Origin: Eledone cirrhosa
Lineage: Eukaryota
Reading direction: 5' to 3'
DNA length: 64,000 bases
Assembly (NCBI GenBank): GCA_964016885.1
Contig: OZ024764.1
Span: 806,001 to 870,000 of the forward strand
Positions within the stretch are counted from its first letter, which is position 1, and each line of letters opens with the position of its first letter. The position numbers and the translations under genes are program-made. Below, one piece after another: positions 53,120 to 64,000 of the stretch. The notes under the pieces are model-generated. The model was given only the letters and a program-made list of their open reading frames with translations, was not told the origin of the DNA and ran no database searches.

Positions 53120-55013
53120 GCATGTACTGCTACAGTAGAGGTAGCAGTACATGCAGTAGTAGCAGTGGTAGCTATAGTTAGGCTACAGTAGAGGCAGTGG
53201 TAGCTATAGTTAGGCTACAGTAGAGGCAGTGGTAGCTGTAGTTAGGCTACAGTAGAGGCAGTGGTAGCTATAGTTAGGCTACAGTAGAGGCAGTGGTAGC
53301 TGTAGTTAGGCTACAGTAGAGGCAGTGGTAGCTGTAGTTAGGCTACAGTAGAGGCAGTGGTAGCTGTAGTTAGGCTACAGTAGAGGCAGTGGTAGCTATA
53401 GTTAGGCTACAGTAGAGGCAGTGGTAGCTGTAGTTAGGCTACAGTAGAGGCAGTGGTAGCTGTAGTTAGGCTACAGTAGAGGCAGTGGTAGCTGTAGTTA
53501 GGCTACAGTACAGGCAGTGGTAGCTGTAGTTAGGCTACAGTAGAGGTAGCAGTACATGCACTAGTAGCAGTGGTAGCTATAGTTAGGCTACAGTAGAGGC
53601 AATGGTAGCTGTAGTTAGGCTACAGTACAGGCAGTGGTAGCTGTAGTTAGGCTACAGTAGAGGCAGTGGTAGCTGTAGTTAGGCTACAGTAGAGGCAGTG
53701 GTAGCTGTAGTTAGGCTACAGTAGAGGCAGTGGTAGCTGTAGTTAGGCTACAGTACAGGCAGTGGTAGCTGTAGTTAGGCTACAGTAGAGGTAGTGGTAG
53801 CTGTAGTTAGGCTACAGTAGAGGTAGCAGTACCTGCACTAGTAGCAGTGGTAGCTGTAGTTAGGCTACAGTACAGGCAGTGGTAGCTGTAGTTAGGCTAC
53901 AGTAGAGGTAGCAGTACATGCACTAGTAGCAGTGGTAGCTATAGTTAGGCTACAGTAGAGGCAATGGTAGCTGTAGTTAGGCTACAGTACAGGCAGTGGT
54001 AGCTGTAGTTAGGCTACAGTAGAGGCAGTGGTAGCTGTAGTTAGGCTACAGTAGAGGCAGTGGTAGCTGTAGTTAGGCTACAGTAGAGGCAGTGGTAGCT
54101 GTAGTTAGGCTACAGTACAGGCAGTGGTAGCTGTAGTTAGGCTACAGTAGAGGTAGTGGTAGCTGTAGTTAGGCTACAGTAGAGGTAGCAGTACCTGCAC
54201 TAGTAGCAGTGGTAGCTGTAGTTAGGCTACAGTACAGGCAGTGGTAGCTGTAGTTAGGCTACAGTAGAGGTAGCAGTACATGCACTAGTAGCAGTGGTAG
54301 CTATAGTTAGGCTACAGTAGAGGCAATGGTAGCTGTAGTTAGGCTACAGTACAGGCAGTGGTAGCTGTAGTTAGGCTACAGTAGAGGCAGTGGTAGCTGT
54401 AGTTAGGCTACAGTAGAGGCAGTGGTAGCTGTAGTTAGGCTACAGTAGAGGCAGTGGTAGCTGTAGTTAGGCTACAGTACCGGCAGTGGTAGCTGTAGTT
54501 AGGCTACAGTAGAGGTAGTGGTAGCTGTAGTTAGGCTACAGTAGAGGTAGCAGTACCTGCACTAGTAGCAGTGGTAGCTGTAGTTAGGCTACAGTACAGG
54601 CAGTGGTAGCTGTAGTTAGGCTACAGTAGAGGTAGCAGTACATGCACTAGTAGCAGTGGTAGCTATAGTTAGGCTACAGTAGAGGCAATGGTAGCTGTAG
54701 TTAGGCTACAGTACAGGCAGTGGTAGCTGTAGTTAGGCTACAGTAGAGGCAGTGGTAGCTGTAGTTAGGCTACAGTAGAGGCAGTGGTAGCTGTAGTTAG
54801 GCTACAGTACAGGCAGTGGTAGCTGTAGTTAGGCTACAGTAGAGGCAGTGGTAGCTGTAGTTAGGCTACAGTACAGGCAGTGGTAGCTGTAGTTAGGCTA
54901 CAGTAGAGGTAGCAGTACCTGCACTAGTAGCAGTGGTAGCTGTAGTTAGGCTACAGTAGAGGTAGCAGTACATGCACTAGTAGCAGTGGTAGCTGTAGTT
55001 AGGCTACAGTAGA
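53120..55013. repeat. 32-bp minisatellite with a 362-bp higher-order repeat
   Basis: Unit gtagttaggctacagtagaggcagtggtagct. The variant pattern recurs at a 362-bp offset. Confidence 0.93.
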
Positions 55014-55030
55014 TATAAAACAACACCTAC

Positions 55031-55051
55031 CCATCAGAAGGTCATCCGTAC
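55031..55051 (-). CDS. PORCN: Probable 21-nt upstream micro-exon of porcupine (xGT-TDDLLM-D)
   Basis: Strong acceptor ttgttttctcttgtttcag and donor gtaggt flank GTACGGATGACCTTCTGATGG. Its terminal ATG G joins AT ATG of the next exon in frame (M-D-M-D-L-E). Confidence 0.6.
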
Positions 55052-55729
55052 CTGAAACAAGAGAAAACAAAGATAATTAAATAAATAACAAAACATTTTA
55101 TTATCAGTCAAATAAAATATGTTAATTAACTACCATATATGGTCACATAGAAGTGTATATGAAACTATATACAGTGTGTTTATATATACTAGCAGAAAAA
55201 CCACCTGACGGGTGGTTTTTCTGCTAGTGTGTGTAGTGGGTATATAGAGATTATATCCATTCTGAGCTCAAATCCCGCCGAGGTTAACTTTGCCTTTCAT
55301 CCTTAAGGGGTCGATAAAATAAAGTACCAGTAATACACTGGGTAATTGCTGGCCTTGTGCCAAAAGTAGAAACAATTATATGCAAGTGTATATACGTGTA
55401 GATATAATAATTTTTTCTATTTTTAGCACAAGGCCGACAATTACCCCAGTGTATTACTGGTACTTTATTTTTATCGACCTCGTAAGGATGAAAGGCAAAG
55501 TTAACCTCGGCGAGATTTGAGCTCAGACCATAAAGGGCCGTAACTCTTTGCTGCAAAGCATGGCGTCAGACCCTCTACCAATACTGCCAATCAACCAGAT
55601 ATAATAATTGTTTCTACTTTAGGCACAAGGCCAGCAATTATCCAGTGCATTACTGGTACTTTATTTTATCGACCCCGTAAGGATGAAAGGCAAAGTCAAC
55701 CTCGGCGGGATTTGAACTCAGATATATTG

Positions 55730-56880
55730 TGTACAGTGCTCAGGTGCACTACAACTCATCAAAAGTGTATGTATAGTACATAGGGTAATGTACAAACGTC
55801 AGGAAAATGAACAGTGCATGAGTCATGATATTCACATGTGTGCATGTGTATGGAAGGGGGACATCAGGTGTAGTTTTGGTGAATCTTGGGAAGCATGAGG
55901 GTTTTAAAGGATGCAGTGTCTCGACAGCTAACAACTGATGCAGGTAGTTTGTTCCATGGAGGTTTTAAAGGATGCAGTGTCTCGACAACTAACAACTGAT
56001 GCTGGTAGTTTGTTATATGGGGGTTTTAAAGGATGCAGTGTCTCGACAGCTAACAACTGATGGAGGTAGTTTGTTCCTTGGAGGTTTTAAAGGATGCAGT
56101 GTCTCGACAGCTAACAACTGATGCAGGGAGTTTGTTACATGGAGGTTTTAAAGGATGCAGTGTCTCGACAGCTAACAACTGATGCAGGTAGTTTGTTCCA
56201 TGGAGGTTTTAAAGGATGCAGTGTCTCAACAGCTAACAACTGATGCAGGCAGTTTGTTCCATGGAGGTTTTAAAGGATGCAGTGTCTTGACAGCTAACAA
56301 CTGATGCAGGTAGTTTGTTCCATGGAGGTTTTAAAGGATGCAGTGTCTCGACAAAACGTTTCCGAAAGTCATGGGACCTGTGCTGTTTTCTGATTTTGTA
56401 GGCATGTCCACGTGTGTTAGACACATGGAGATCAAAAAGGTGCTCAGGGTTGTTGTTAGCAAGATGGTTAATAACTTTGTGGGTGTTTACCAAGTCAGTT
56501 GCCAGACGTCGGAGCTTCAATGTATCCATGCCCAGGGAAGCAAGGTGTTCAGAGTATGGCAGGTGTCTGATGGAGGGTATGCGCTTGGTTACACGTCTCT
56601 GAACAGTTTCCAGGCGGTCAATGTTCTGAGCAAGATAGGGGTTCCAGACTGGTGATGCAAATTCCAAGTGTGGCCACACCATAGCTGTATACAGCTTCTA
56701 ATAGATAGCTGGAGAACGGCTGACAAAAGATCTTGCTGAGTGATGCCAAGACACCCTCGGCCTTCTTGACAATTTTAGAGACGTGCTTCGTCCAACGCAA
56801 ATCGCTGCTGACAGTAATACCCAAGTCACGTTCACAAGAGGACTTCTTGATATCAGTGTTGTGTAGGGAGTATGTCAAAT
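55730..56880 (-). mobile_element. CR1-like LINE 3' fragment with the same 60-bp array (about 55900-56352, about 7 copies)
   Basis: Reverse-strand homolog of 3636-5710. Confidence 0.85.
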
Positions 56881-57039
56881 AAAGTCATATTTGGACTGTG
56901 TTCCACTGTCTTATGTAATCAGTAATCCATGATATATTAAAATTTGCTGTATTAGTGTTCTGTAGTAACAACAGCAATAATTCCCATTCTGTCTTCGTCA
57001 ACATCCAAAACATAAACATACACATACCGACCATAATTA

Positions 57040-57225
57040 AATATGGAATGATATGCGATGGGGCCCCCCTCACAGCCCCGGCGGTCAGAATGGAGAAGGC
57101 ATTTCCCCGGAGGACGGCAAGGGAGACGTGCTGGAAAAGCCACTCCAACTCGCGGGACTCACACCTGCGACTGACCAGCTCAGCGCCTATTGTGGTGAGT
57201 AGGGAGGTAGCCCTAGGGCCGAGAT
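57040..57225 (-). mobile_element. C-terminal fragment of a CRE-like non-LTR element
   Basis: LFQHVSLAVLRGNAFSIL resembles the FQR.S....RGNA end motif. Confidence 0.5.
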
Positions 57226-57227
57226 GA

Positions 57228-57523
57228 TATTATATATATAAAGTTGTAGTTCCTGTCTGTCTGTTTGTTCACGAACTCCTCCTATGGTTTTGGGGATAGA
57301 CACGCCCGCCCCCATAACCATATATATTCTGAAACTACATTGCCCAGGGTACTTGGATAAGTATATTTGATTTTAATTAAAGGGTTCCCCGGGGGCACAA
57401 ACCCCGCTAAACATTTTTTCCCTTTGATTTATATGAAATTTAAACCACTGATTTAAAATCAATCATCATTTTCTTACTAAAAAAAAATGTGTGAAACGCA
57501 GCAACGCACGGGTAATCAGCTAG
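57228..57523 (+). mobile_element. Short non-autonomous Helitron
   Basis: ATAAAG..(CTGT)n near the 5' end and GCAACGCACGGGTAATCAGCTAG|T at the 3' end. A similar 3' end lies at 37489-37517. Confidence 0.55.
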
Positions 57524-57897
57524 TATATACTGTGTATATAAACTGGATATATGATAAAATGTTATGAGAAGGAGAAAAGTAGTGACGGAAATATAAACCT
57601 TATATAACAATGCAAATATATGGATGTTTATATAAGTGATGTAATAAGTGTTATGATATAACGGACGCTAACCGGATGTGTTGACATTTGAACATTTTTA
57701 AAGAAGTGAATCTTAAAATAAGCAATAATTATATATAAGAATATTTATGTTTAATCAACAGCTACGAAATTTAGTAGATAAATTATGTAATATTCAATCA
57801 TTATTTATTGAAAACACCATGCCTTGCAGCAAACAGTTACGGCCCTTTATGATCTGAGTTCAAATCCCGCCGAGGTTAACTTTGCCTTCCATTCTTA

Positions 57898-58198
57898 CAG
57901 GGTCGATAAAATAAAGTACCAGTAATACACTGGGCAATTGCTGGCCTTGTGCCAAAAGTAGAAACAATTATTACGGGGTCAATAAAATAAAGTACCAGTA
58001 ATACACTGGGGTAATTGCTGGCCTTGTGCCAAAAGTAGAAACAATTATTACGGGGTCGATAAAATAAAGTACCAGTAATACACTGGGGTAATTGCTGGCC
58101 TTGTGCCAAAAGTAGAAACAATTATTACGGGGTCGATAAAATAAAGTACCAGTAATACACTGGGGTAATTGCTGGCCTTGTGCCAAAAGTAGAAACAA
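57898..58198 (+). repeat. 77-bp tandem repeat of the SINE B 3' half (4 copies)
   Basis: ggggtcgataaaataaagtacc...agaaacaattattac repeated. Confidence 0.9.
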
Positions 58199-58210
58199 TT
58201 ATTTATTCAA

Positions 58211-58427
58211 GGGGCGGTGGATTGGCAGTATCGGTAGAGGGCCGGACACCATGCTTTGCAGCATAGAGTTACGGCCCTTTATGGTCTGAGTTCAAATCCC
58301 ACCAAAGTTAACGTTGCCTTTCATCCTTACGAGGTCATAAAATAAAATAGCAGTAATACACTGGGGTCGATTTAATCGACTGTCCCCTCCCCCCAAACTG
58401 CTGGCCTTGTGCCTATTGTAGAAACCC
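58211..58427 (+). mobile_element. SINE family B, full length, with a 12-bp TSD
   Basis: TTATTTATTCAA occurs at 58199-58210 and 58428-58439. Confidence 0.85.
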
Positions 58428-58596
58428 TTATTTATTCAAAGTAATCCAACTTATTTTACTAAGGGGATAAAAAATTATAAACCGAACGCAGTCCCGCACC
58501 CCTTACTTTATTATAGTTTAGATAATAGCTGGCCCCATGTCAACAATATCGCTAAAGGGTAGATGTGTATATATATATACCAATCATGGGTAACCT

Positions 58597-59526
58597 GTGG
58601 CCCGCGAAGTTTTCTGAATGGCTCACCTAAGTCACCCAAGAGAAAGTGGCCCGCAAAGTTTTCTGAATGGCTCGCTTAAGTCACCCAAGAGAAAGTGGCC
58701 CGCAAAGTTTTCTGAATGGCTCGTCTAAGTCACCCAAGAGAAAGTGGCCCGCAAAGTTTTCTGAATGGTTCGCTTAAGTCACCCAAGAGAAAGTGGCCCG
58801 CAAAGTTTTCTGAATGGCTCGCCTAAGTCACCCAAGAGAAAGTGGCCCGCAAAGTTTTCTGAATGGCTCGCCTAAGTCACCCAAGAGAAAGTGGCCCGCA
58901 AAGTTTTCTGAATGGCTCGCCTAAGTCACCCAAGAGAAAGTGGCCCGCAAAGTTTTCTGAATGGCTCGCCTAAGTCACCCAAGAGAAAGTGGCCCGCAAA
59001 GTTTTCTGAATGGCTCGTCTAAGTCACCCAAGACAAAGTGGTCCGCAAAGTTTTCTGAATGGCTTGCCTAAGTCACCTAAGAGAAAGTGGCCCGCAAAGT
59101 TTTCTGAATGGCTCGCCTAAGTCACCCAAGAGAAAGTGGCCCACAAAGTTTTCTGAATGGCTCGCTTAAGTCACCTAAAAGAAAGTGGCCCGCGAGGTTT
59201 TCTGAATGGCTCACCTAAGTCACCCAAGAGAAAGTGGCACGCAAAGTTTTCTGAATGGCTCGTCTAAGTCACCCAATAGAAAGTGGCCCGCAAAGTTTTC
59301 TGAATGGCTCGCCTAAGTCACCCAAGAGAAAGTGGCCCACAAAGTTTTCTGAATGGCTCGCTTAAGTCACCTAAAAGAAAGTGGCCCGCGAGGTTTTCTG
59401 AATGGCTCACCTAAGTCACCCAAGAGAAAGTGGCACGCAAAGTTTTCTGAATGGCTCGTCTAAGTCACCCAATAGAAAGTGGCCCGCAAAGTTTTCTGAA
59501 TGGCTCGCCTAAGTCACCCGAGAGAA
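58597..59526. repeat. 49-bp minisatellite, about 19 copies
   Basis: Unit gtggcccgcaaagttttctgaatggctcgcctaagtcacccaagagaaa. Confidence 0.95.
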
Positions 59527-59950
59527 ATCTTTCTGGTGTTTTTACCCCAACTTTTCAGTTGTAATTTATCTGAACGGATCCGGCTATCGGCCGAGTCCAT
59601 AGTGAAGATCGACTTGCTCACTTCCTTTGGTCAGGCAATTTTCCTCTGCCTTGTGGCATTTGCGAAAGAGGTTGTATGGTGGACCAGGTTGAAAGGACTG
59701 AAGACAGACACTTTTCTCTTCGGCCAATCCCTCATCATCTTCTTCAAGTTTCACCTGGAAAAGAAGGTGAGGGTGGAGAGAGAAGTGCTGCCCCCCAGTA
59801 CATTTGCTAAAAGGTGGATAAATGTGGCGAGAATGGCCCGCGTGAGTGGGCCTACTCTGACCATGTGCCTATAGGCTGGCTAATTTGAGGAGAGGAGTGC
59901 CCTAGAAGCACAGGGTTGTTCAGGATTGGTGGGGTACCTGAGTCACCCCT
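59520..59950 (+). mobile_element. Probable L1/Tx1-like ORF2 C-terminal fragment
   Basis: Non-repetitive ORF end ...AKEVVWWTR...FAKRWINVARM...*, inserted between two arrays. Confidence 0.4.
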
Positions 59951-59954
59951 GGGT

Positions 59955-62220
59955 CATATCTCATGTGGCCTGCCTGATGATGAGCTGTATCTCATGTGGC
60001 CCACCTGATGATGAGTCATATCTCATGTGGCCCACCTGATGATGAGCCAATTCTCATGTAGCCCACCTGATGATGAACCATATCTCATGTGGCCCACCTG
60101 ATGAGCCATATCTCATGTGGCCTGCCTGATGATGAGCCATATCTCATGTGGCCCTCCTGATGATGAGCCATATCTCATGTGGCCCACCTGATGATGAGCT
60201 GTATCTCATGTGGCCCACCTAATGATGAGCCATATCTCATGTGGCCTGCCTGATGATGAGCCATATCTCATATGGCCCACCTGATGATGAGCCATATCTC
60301 ATATGGCCCGCCTGATGATGAGTCATATCTCATGTGGCCTACCTGATGATGAGCCATATCTCATATGGCCCGCCTGATGATGAGTCATATCTCATGTGGC
60401 CTACCTGATGATGAGCCATATCTCATGTGGCCTGCCTGATGATGAGCCATATCTCATGTGGCCCACCTGATGATGAGCCATATCTCATGTGGCCCACCTG
60501 ATGATGAGCCATATCTCATGTGGCCCACCTGATGATGAGCCATATCTCATGTGGCCTGCCTGATGATGAGCCATATCTCATGTGGCCCACCTGATGATGA
60601 GCCATATCTCATGTGGCCTACCTGATGAGCCATATCTCATGTGGCCTACCTGATGATGAGTCATATCTCATGTGGCCCACCTGATGATGAGCCATATCTC
60701 ATGTGGCCCGCCTGATGATGAGCCATATCTCATGTGGCCTGCCTGATGATGAGCCATATCTCATGTGGCCCACCTGATGATGAGTCATATCTCATGTGGC
60801 CTACCTGATGAGCCATATCTCATGTGGCCCACCTGATGAGCCATATCTCATGTGGCCCACCTGATGATGAGCCATATCTCATGTGGCCTGCCTGATGATG
60901 AGCTGTATCTCATGTGGCCCACCTGATGATGAGCTGTATCTCATGTGGCCTGCCTGATGATGAGCCATATCTCATGTGGCCTTCCTGATGATGAGCCATA
61001 TCTCATGTGGCCCACCTGATGATGAGCCATATCTCATGTGGCCTGCCTGATGATGAGCCATATCTCATGTGGCCTGCCTGATGATGAGCCATATCTCATG
61101 TGGCCTGCCTGATGATGAGCCATATCTCATGTGGCCTGCCTGATGATGAGCCATATCTCATGTGGCCTACCTGATGATGAGCTGTATCTCATGTGGCCTG
61201 CCTGATGATGAGCCATATCTCATGTGGCCTACCTGATGATGAGCTGTATCTCATGTGGCCCACCTGATGATGAGCCATATCTCATGTGGCCTGCCTGATG
61301 ATGAGCCATATCTCATGTGGCACACCTGATGGTGAGCCATATCTCATGTGGCCTGCCTGATGATGAGCCATATCTCATGTGGCCTGCCTGATGATGAGCC
61401 ATATCTCATGTGGCCCACCTGATGATGAGCCATATCTCATGTGGCCTGCCTGATGATGAGCCATATCTCATGTGGCCTGCCTGATGATGAGCCATATCTC
61501 ATGTGGCCTACCTGATGATGAGCTGTATCTCATGTGGCCTGCCTGATGATGAGCCATATCTCATGTGGCCTACCTGATGATGAGCTGTATCTCATGTGGC
61601 CCACCTGATGATGAGCCATATCTCATGTGGCCTGCCTGATGATGAGCCATATCTCATGTGGCACACCTGATGATGAGCCATATCTCATGTGGCCTGCCTG
61701 ATGATGAGCCATATCTCATGTGGCCTGCCTGATGATGAGCTGTATCTCATGTGGCCCACCTGATGATGAGCCATATCTCATGTGGCCTGCCTGATGATGA
61801 GCCATATCTCATGTGGCCCACCTGATGATGAGCCATATCTCATGTGGCCTGCCTGATGATGAGCCATATCTCATGTGGCCCACCTGATGATGAGCCATAT
61901 CTCATGTGGCCCACCTGATGATGGGCCATATCTCATGTGGCCTGCCTGATGATGAGCCATATCTCATGTGGCCCACCTGATGATGAGCCATATCTCATGT
62001 GGCCCACCTGATGATGAGCTGTATCTCATGTGGCCCACCTGATGATGAGCCATATCTCATGTGGCCCACCTGATGATGAGCCCTATCTCATGTGGCCCAC
62101 CTGATGATGGGCCATACCTCATGTGGCCCACCTGATGATGAGCCATATCTCATGTGGCCCACCTGATGATGAGTCATATCTCATGTGGCCCACCTGATGA
62201 TGAGCCATATCTCATGTGGC
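59955..62220. repeat. 31-bp minisatellite, about 73 copies
   Basis: Unit atctcatgtggcccacctgatgatgagccat. Confidence 0.95.
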
Positions 62221-62728
62221 TCGCTTCTCGAAAAAGGTTGGCCATGCCTGTATTAGGGGATGGTTTTGTACTTTAGGCACAAGGACAACAATTTTGGGGA
62301 GGGGGGGGGAGTCGATTAAATCGACCCTGGTGCATTACTGGTACTTTATTTCATCAACCCCATAAGGATGAAAGGCAAAGCTAACCTCAGTGGGATTTGA
62401 ACACAGGATGTAAAGGGCCATAACTATATGCCACATATTATCCGACGCTCTTCCGGAATTACCAACAGACATAAAGTCTCATTGTGGCTATCTTTGTTTA
62501 CTCACCCCATGTAAGGCAATAAAGGGGTTACTAAGAATGGGGAATACACAAGGTAGAGAGAACATATGGAGGGTGTGTAACTAAATATATATATATATGC
62601 AAAAGTTTTATTTAAAATTGTTGGGTTACAACGATTAAATATTTTATAACTGATATAAAGCACTCAACAAGTTTTGGAGTAGATATACGATATTAAACAA
62701 ATGGAAACTATATTTATAAAACCATATT

Positions 62729-62794
62729 TATTTCATTATACATATTTCAGGGATACCATATTAAAAATATGGCATGCCTTCTTCAGATAAAATA
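62729..62794 (-). ncRNA. Minimal hammerhead motif with a long stem II
   Basis: TATTTTAT-CTGAAGA-AGGCATGCCATATT(TTT)AATATGGTATCCCT-GAAA-TATGTA-TA-ATGAAATA. Partly duplicated in inverted orientation at about 62825-62912. Confidence 0.65.
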
Positions 62795-63605
62795 CAATAT
62801 ATAAGCAGTTTTATAAATAAATTTGCCATATTTTTAATATGGTATCCCTGAAATATGTATAATGAAATAAATATGGTTTTATAAATATAGTTTCCATTTG
62901 TTTAATATCGTATATATATATATATATAAATTATGAAAATAAAACAAAGAAGCCTTCAATACATCAAAAGTCTTTATTAGCCAACAATTAGCCATAATTC
63001 TTCGGCTCTGTTTAATTACATTGAGCTATACCTTTTACTGTCATTTCTATAATACGAAGAGGGTGTTTAACTCCAACACGCTCCAGTATTTTAATCCTTA
63101 TATATATATATGTATACATTATCGGAGAAAGCTTTTAGCGATACTCAGGCCAAATTCCAACTCACTCAACAAACATTAGGAAATAGCTGAGTATATTCCT
63201 AATTAAACGTTCGGGGTGCTAACTAATTGTATTGTGTGGATAATTGGCTGTATCATTTCATATGAGATATATCGAATATATCTCTTCCCAGACGACTTGT
63301 TTCATTATAAGATTCCTACAAGTTGGGTGAAAATATATCAATTTATGTAGAAGCTTGTATAAGATCAACAGATACTTATTCAAGTGGGCTCTTATAATTC
63401 TTCAGTGGGTGCCCAATAATATTAATATTGATAACCAAATCAACATCAATATTTAGCGATAAACACCATCAGTGCTTGAGGGAGCTGCTAGGTTGTTAGT
63501 CCAGCAGTTCTAAAGAAATTCTCAAACTGATTCAAAAATGAGGAAGAAGATTATCGCCAAATACAATATATTAATAAATGGAAACTATATTTATAAAACC
63601 ATATT

Positions 63606-63671
63606 TATTTTATTATATATATTTCAAGGGCAACCAAGGCAAATTATGGTGCACTTTCATCAGATAAAATA
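63606..63671 (-). ncRNA. Minimal hammerhead motif in a Penelope-like repeat
   Basis: TATTTTAT-CTGATGA-AAGTGCACC...GGTTGCCCTT-GAAA-TATATA-TA-ATAAAATA. Confidence 0.6.
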
Positions 63672-63827
63672 CAGATTTGTTTTATAAATAAATATTGACA
63701 TACCCGGAAAAAAGACAACCTTAACGGTTGGAGCTTCCTGTTGAGTGCTTTATATCAGTTATAAACATTTTAAAGCTTGTTGAATCCCAACAAATTAAAT
63801 ATAACCTCTGCATATATATATATATAT

Positions 63828-64000
63828 ATCATCATCATCATCAACGTGTTCCACGCTTGCATGTGTTTAAACGGGGGTTTTCCCACTTGAGGCAAGAGTG
63901 GTTGTCTTGCTCGCATAGGACTATCTGGCGGGTTTTCTACAGCTGGATGCCCTTCCTAACACCAACCACATTTACAGTGTGGGGCTGGGAGGTTTTTACC
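63828..64000 (-). mobile_element. RTE LINE 3' end
   Basis: Matches 21940-22130, including the (CAT)n tail. Confidence 0.8.

Larger units (their letters stand above)
58581..62250 (+). mobile_element. hAT (Charlie-like) non-autonomous element expanded by two internal arrays
   Basis: Left end CAATCATGGGTAACCTGTGGCCCGCG versus right end (reverse complement) CAGGCATGGCCAACCT. No matching TSD seen. Confidence 0.5.

Noticed and set aside
59955-62220. CTGATGA in every 31-mer (hammerhead core or C/D boxes)
   Set aside because: There is no GAAA or stem III, and no snoRNA-like spacing or terminal stem.
62500-62520. Possible first PORCN exon ending ATGGG|gtgagt
   Set aside because: It is phase 2 and hits a stop when joined to the micro-exon. 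It could only be a UTR exon, and nothing else supports it.

Overview
This window is eukaryotic, very repeat-rich intronic DNA. The SINE, LINE and microsatellite make-up suggests an octopod cephalopod, which is an inference. One host gene crosses it on the minus strand: porcupine (PORCN, the Wnt O-acyltransferase of the MBOAT family). I traced nine coding exons by hand (46416-46652, 34935-35148, 33396-33439, 29055-29242, 21103-21209, 17308-17433, 10449-10549, 7942-8018, 3497-3560). All have GT-AG borders, their phases are consistent, and they include the catalytic His (AASSLLH|G). There is also a probable in-frame 21-nt upstream micro-exon at 55031-55051. The last exons lie beyond position 1. 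The introns contain RTE, CR1, CRE and Tx1-like LINE pieces (one RTE near intact), two SINE families, piggyBac, hAT, maT and Helitron elements, about 20 minisatellite arrays and long microsatellites. Two signals stand out. First, there is a set of type-I hammerhead ribozyme motifs, mostly in short inverted (Penelope-like) repeats, including one GUC hammerhead on the PORCN pre-mRNA strand. Second, satellites have repeatedly arisen from the same internal segments of transposons at short microhomologies. The long low-complexity ORFs in the ORF track are repeat artefacts. Copy numbers are span/unit estimates.
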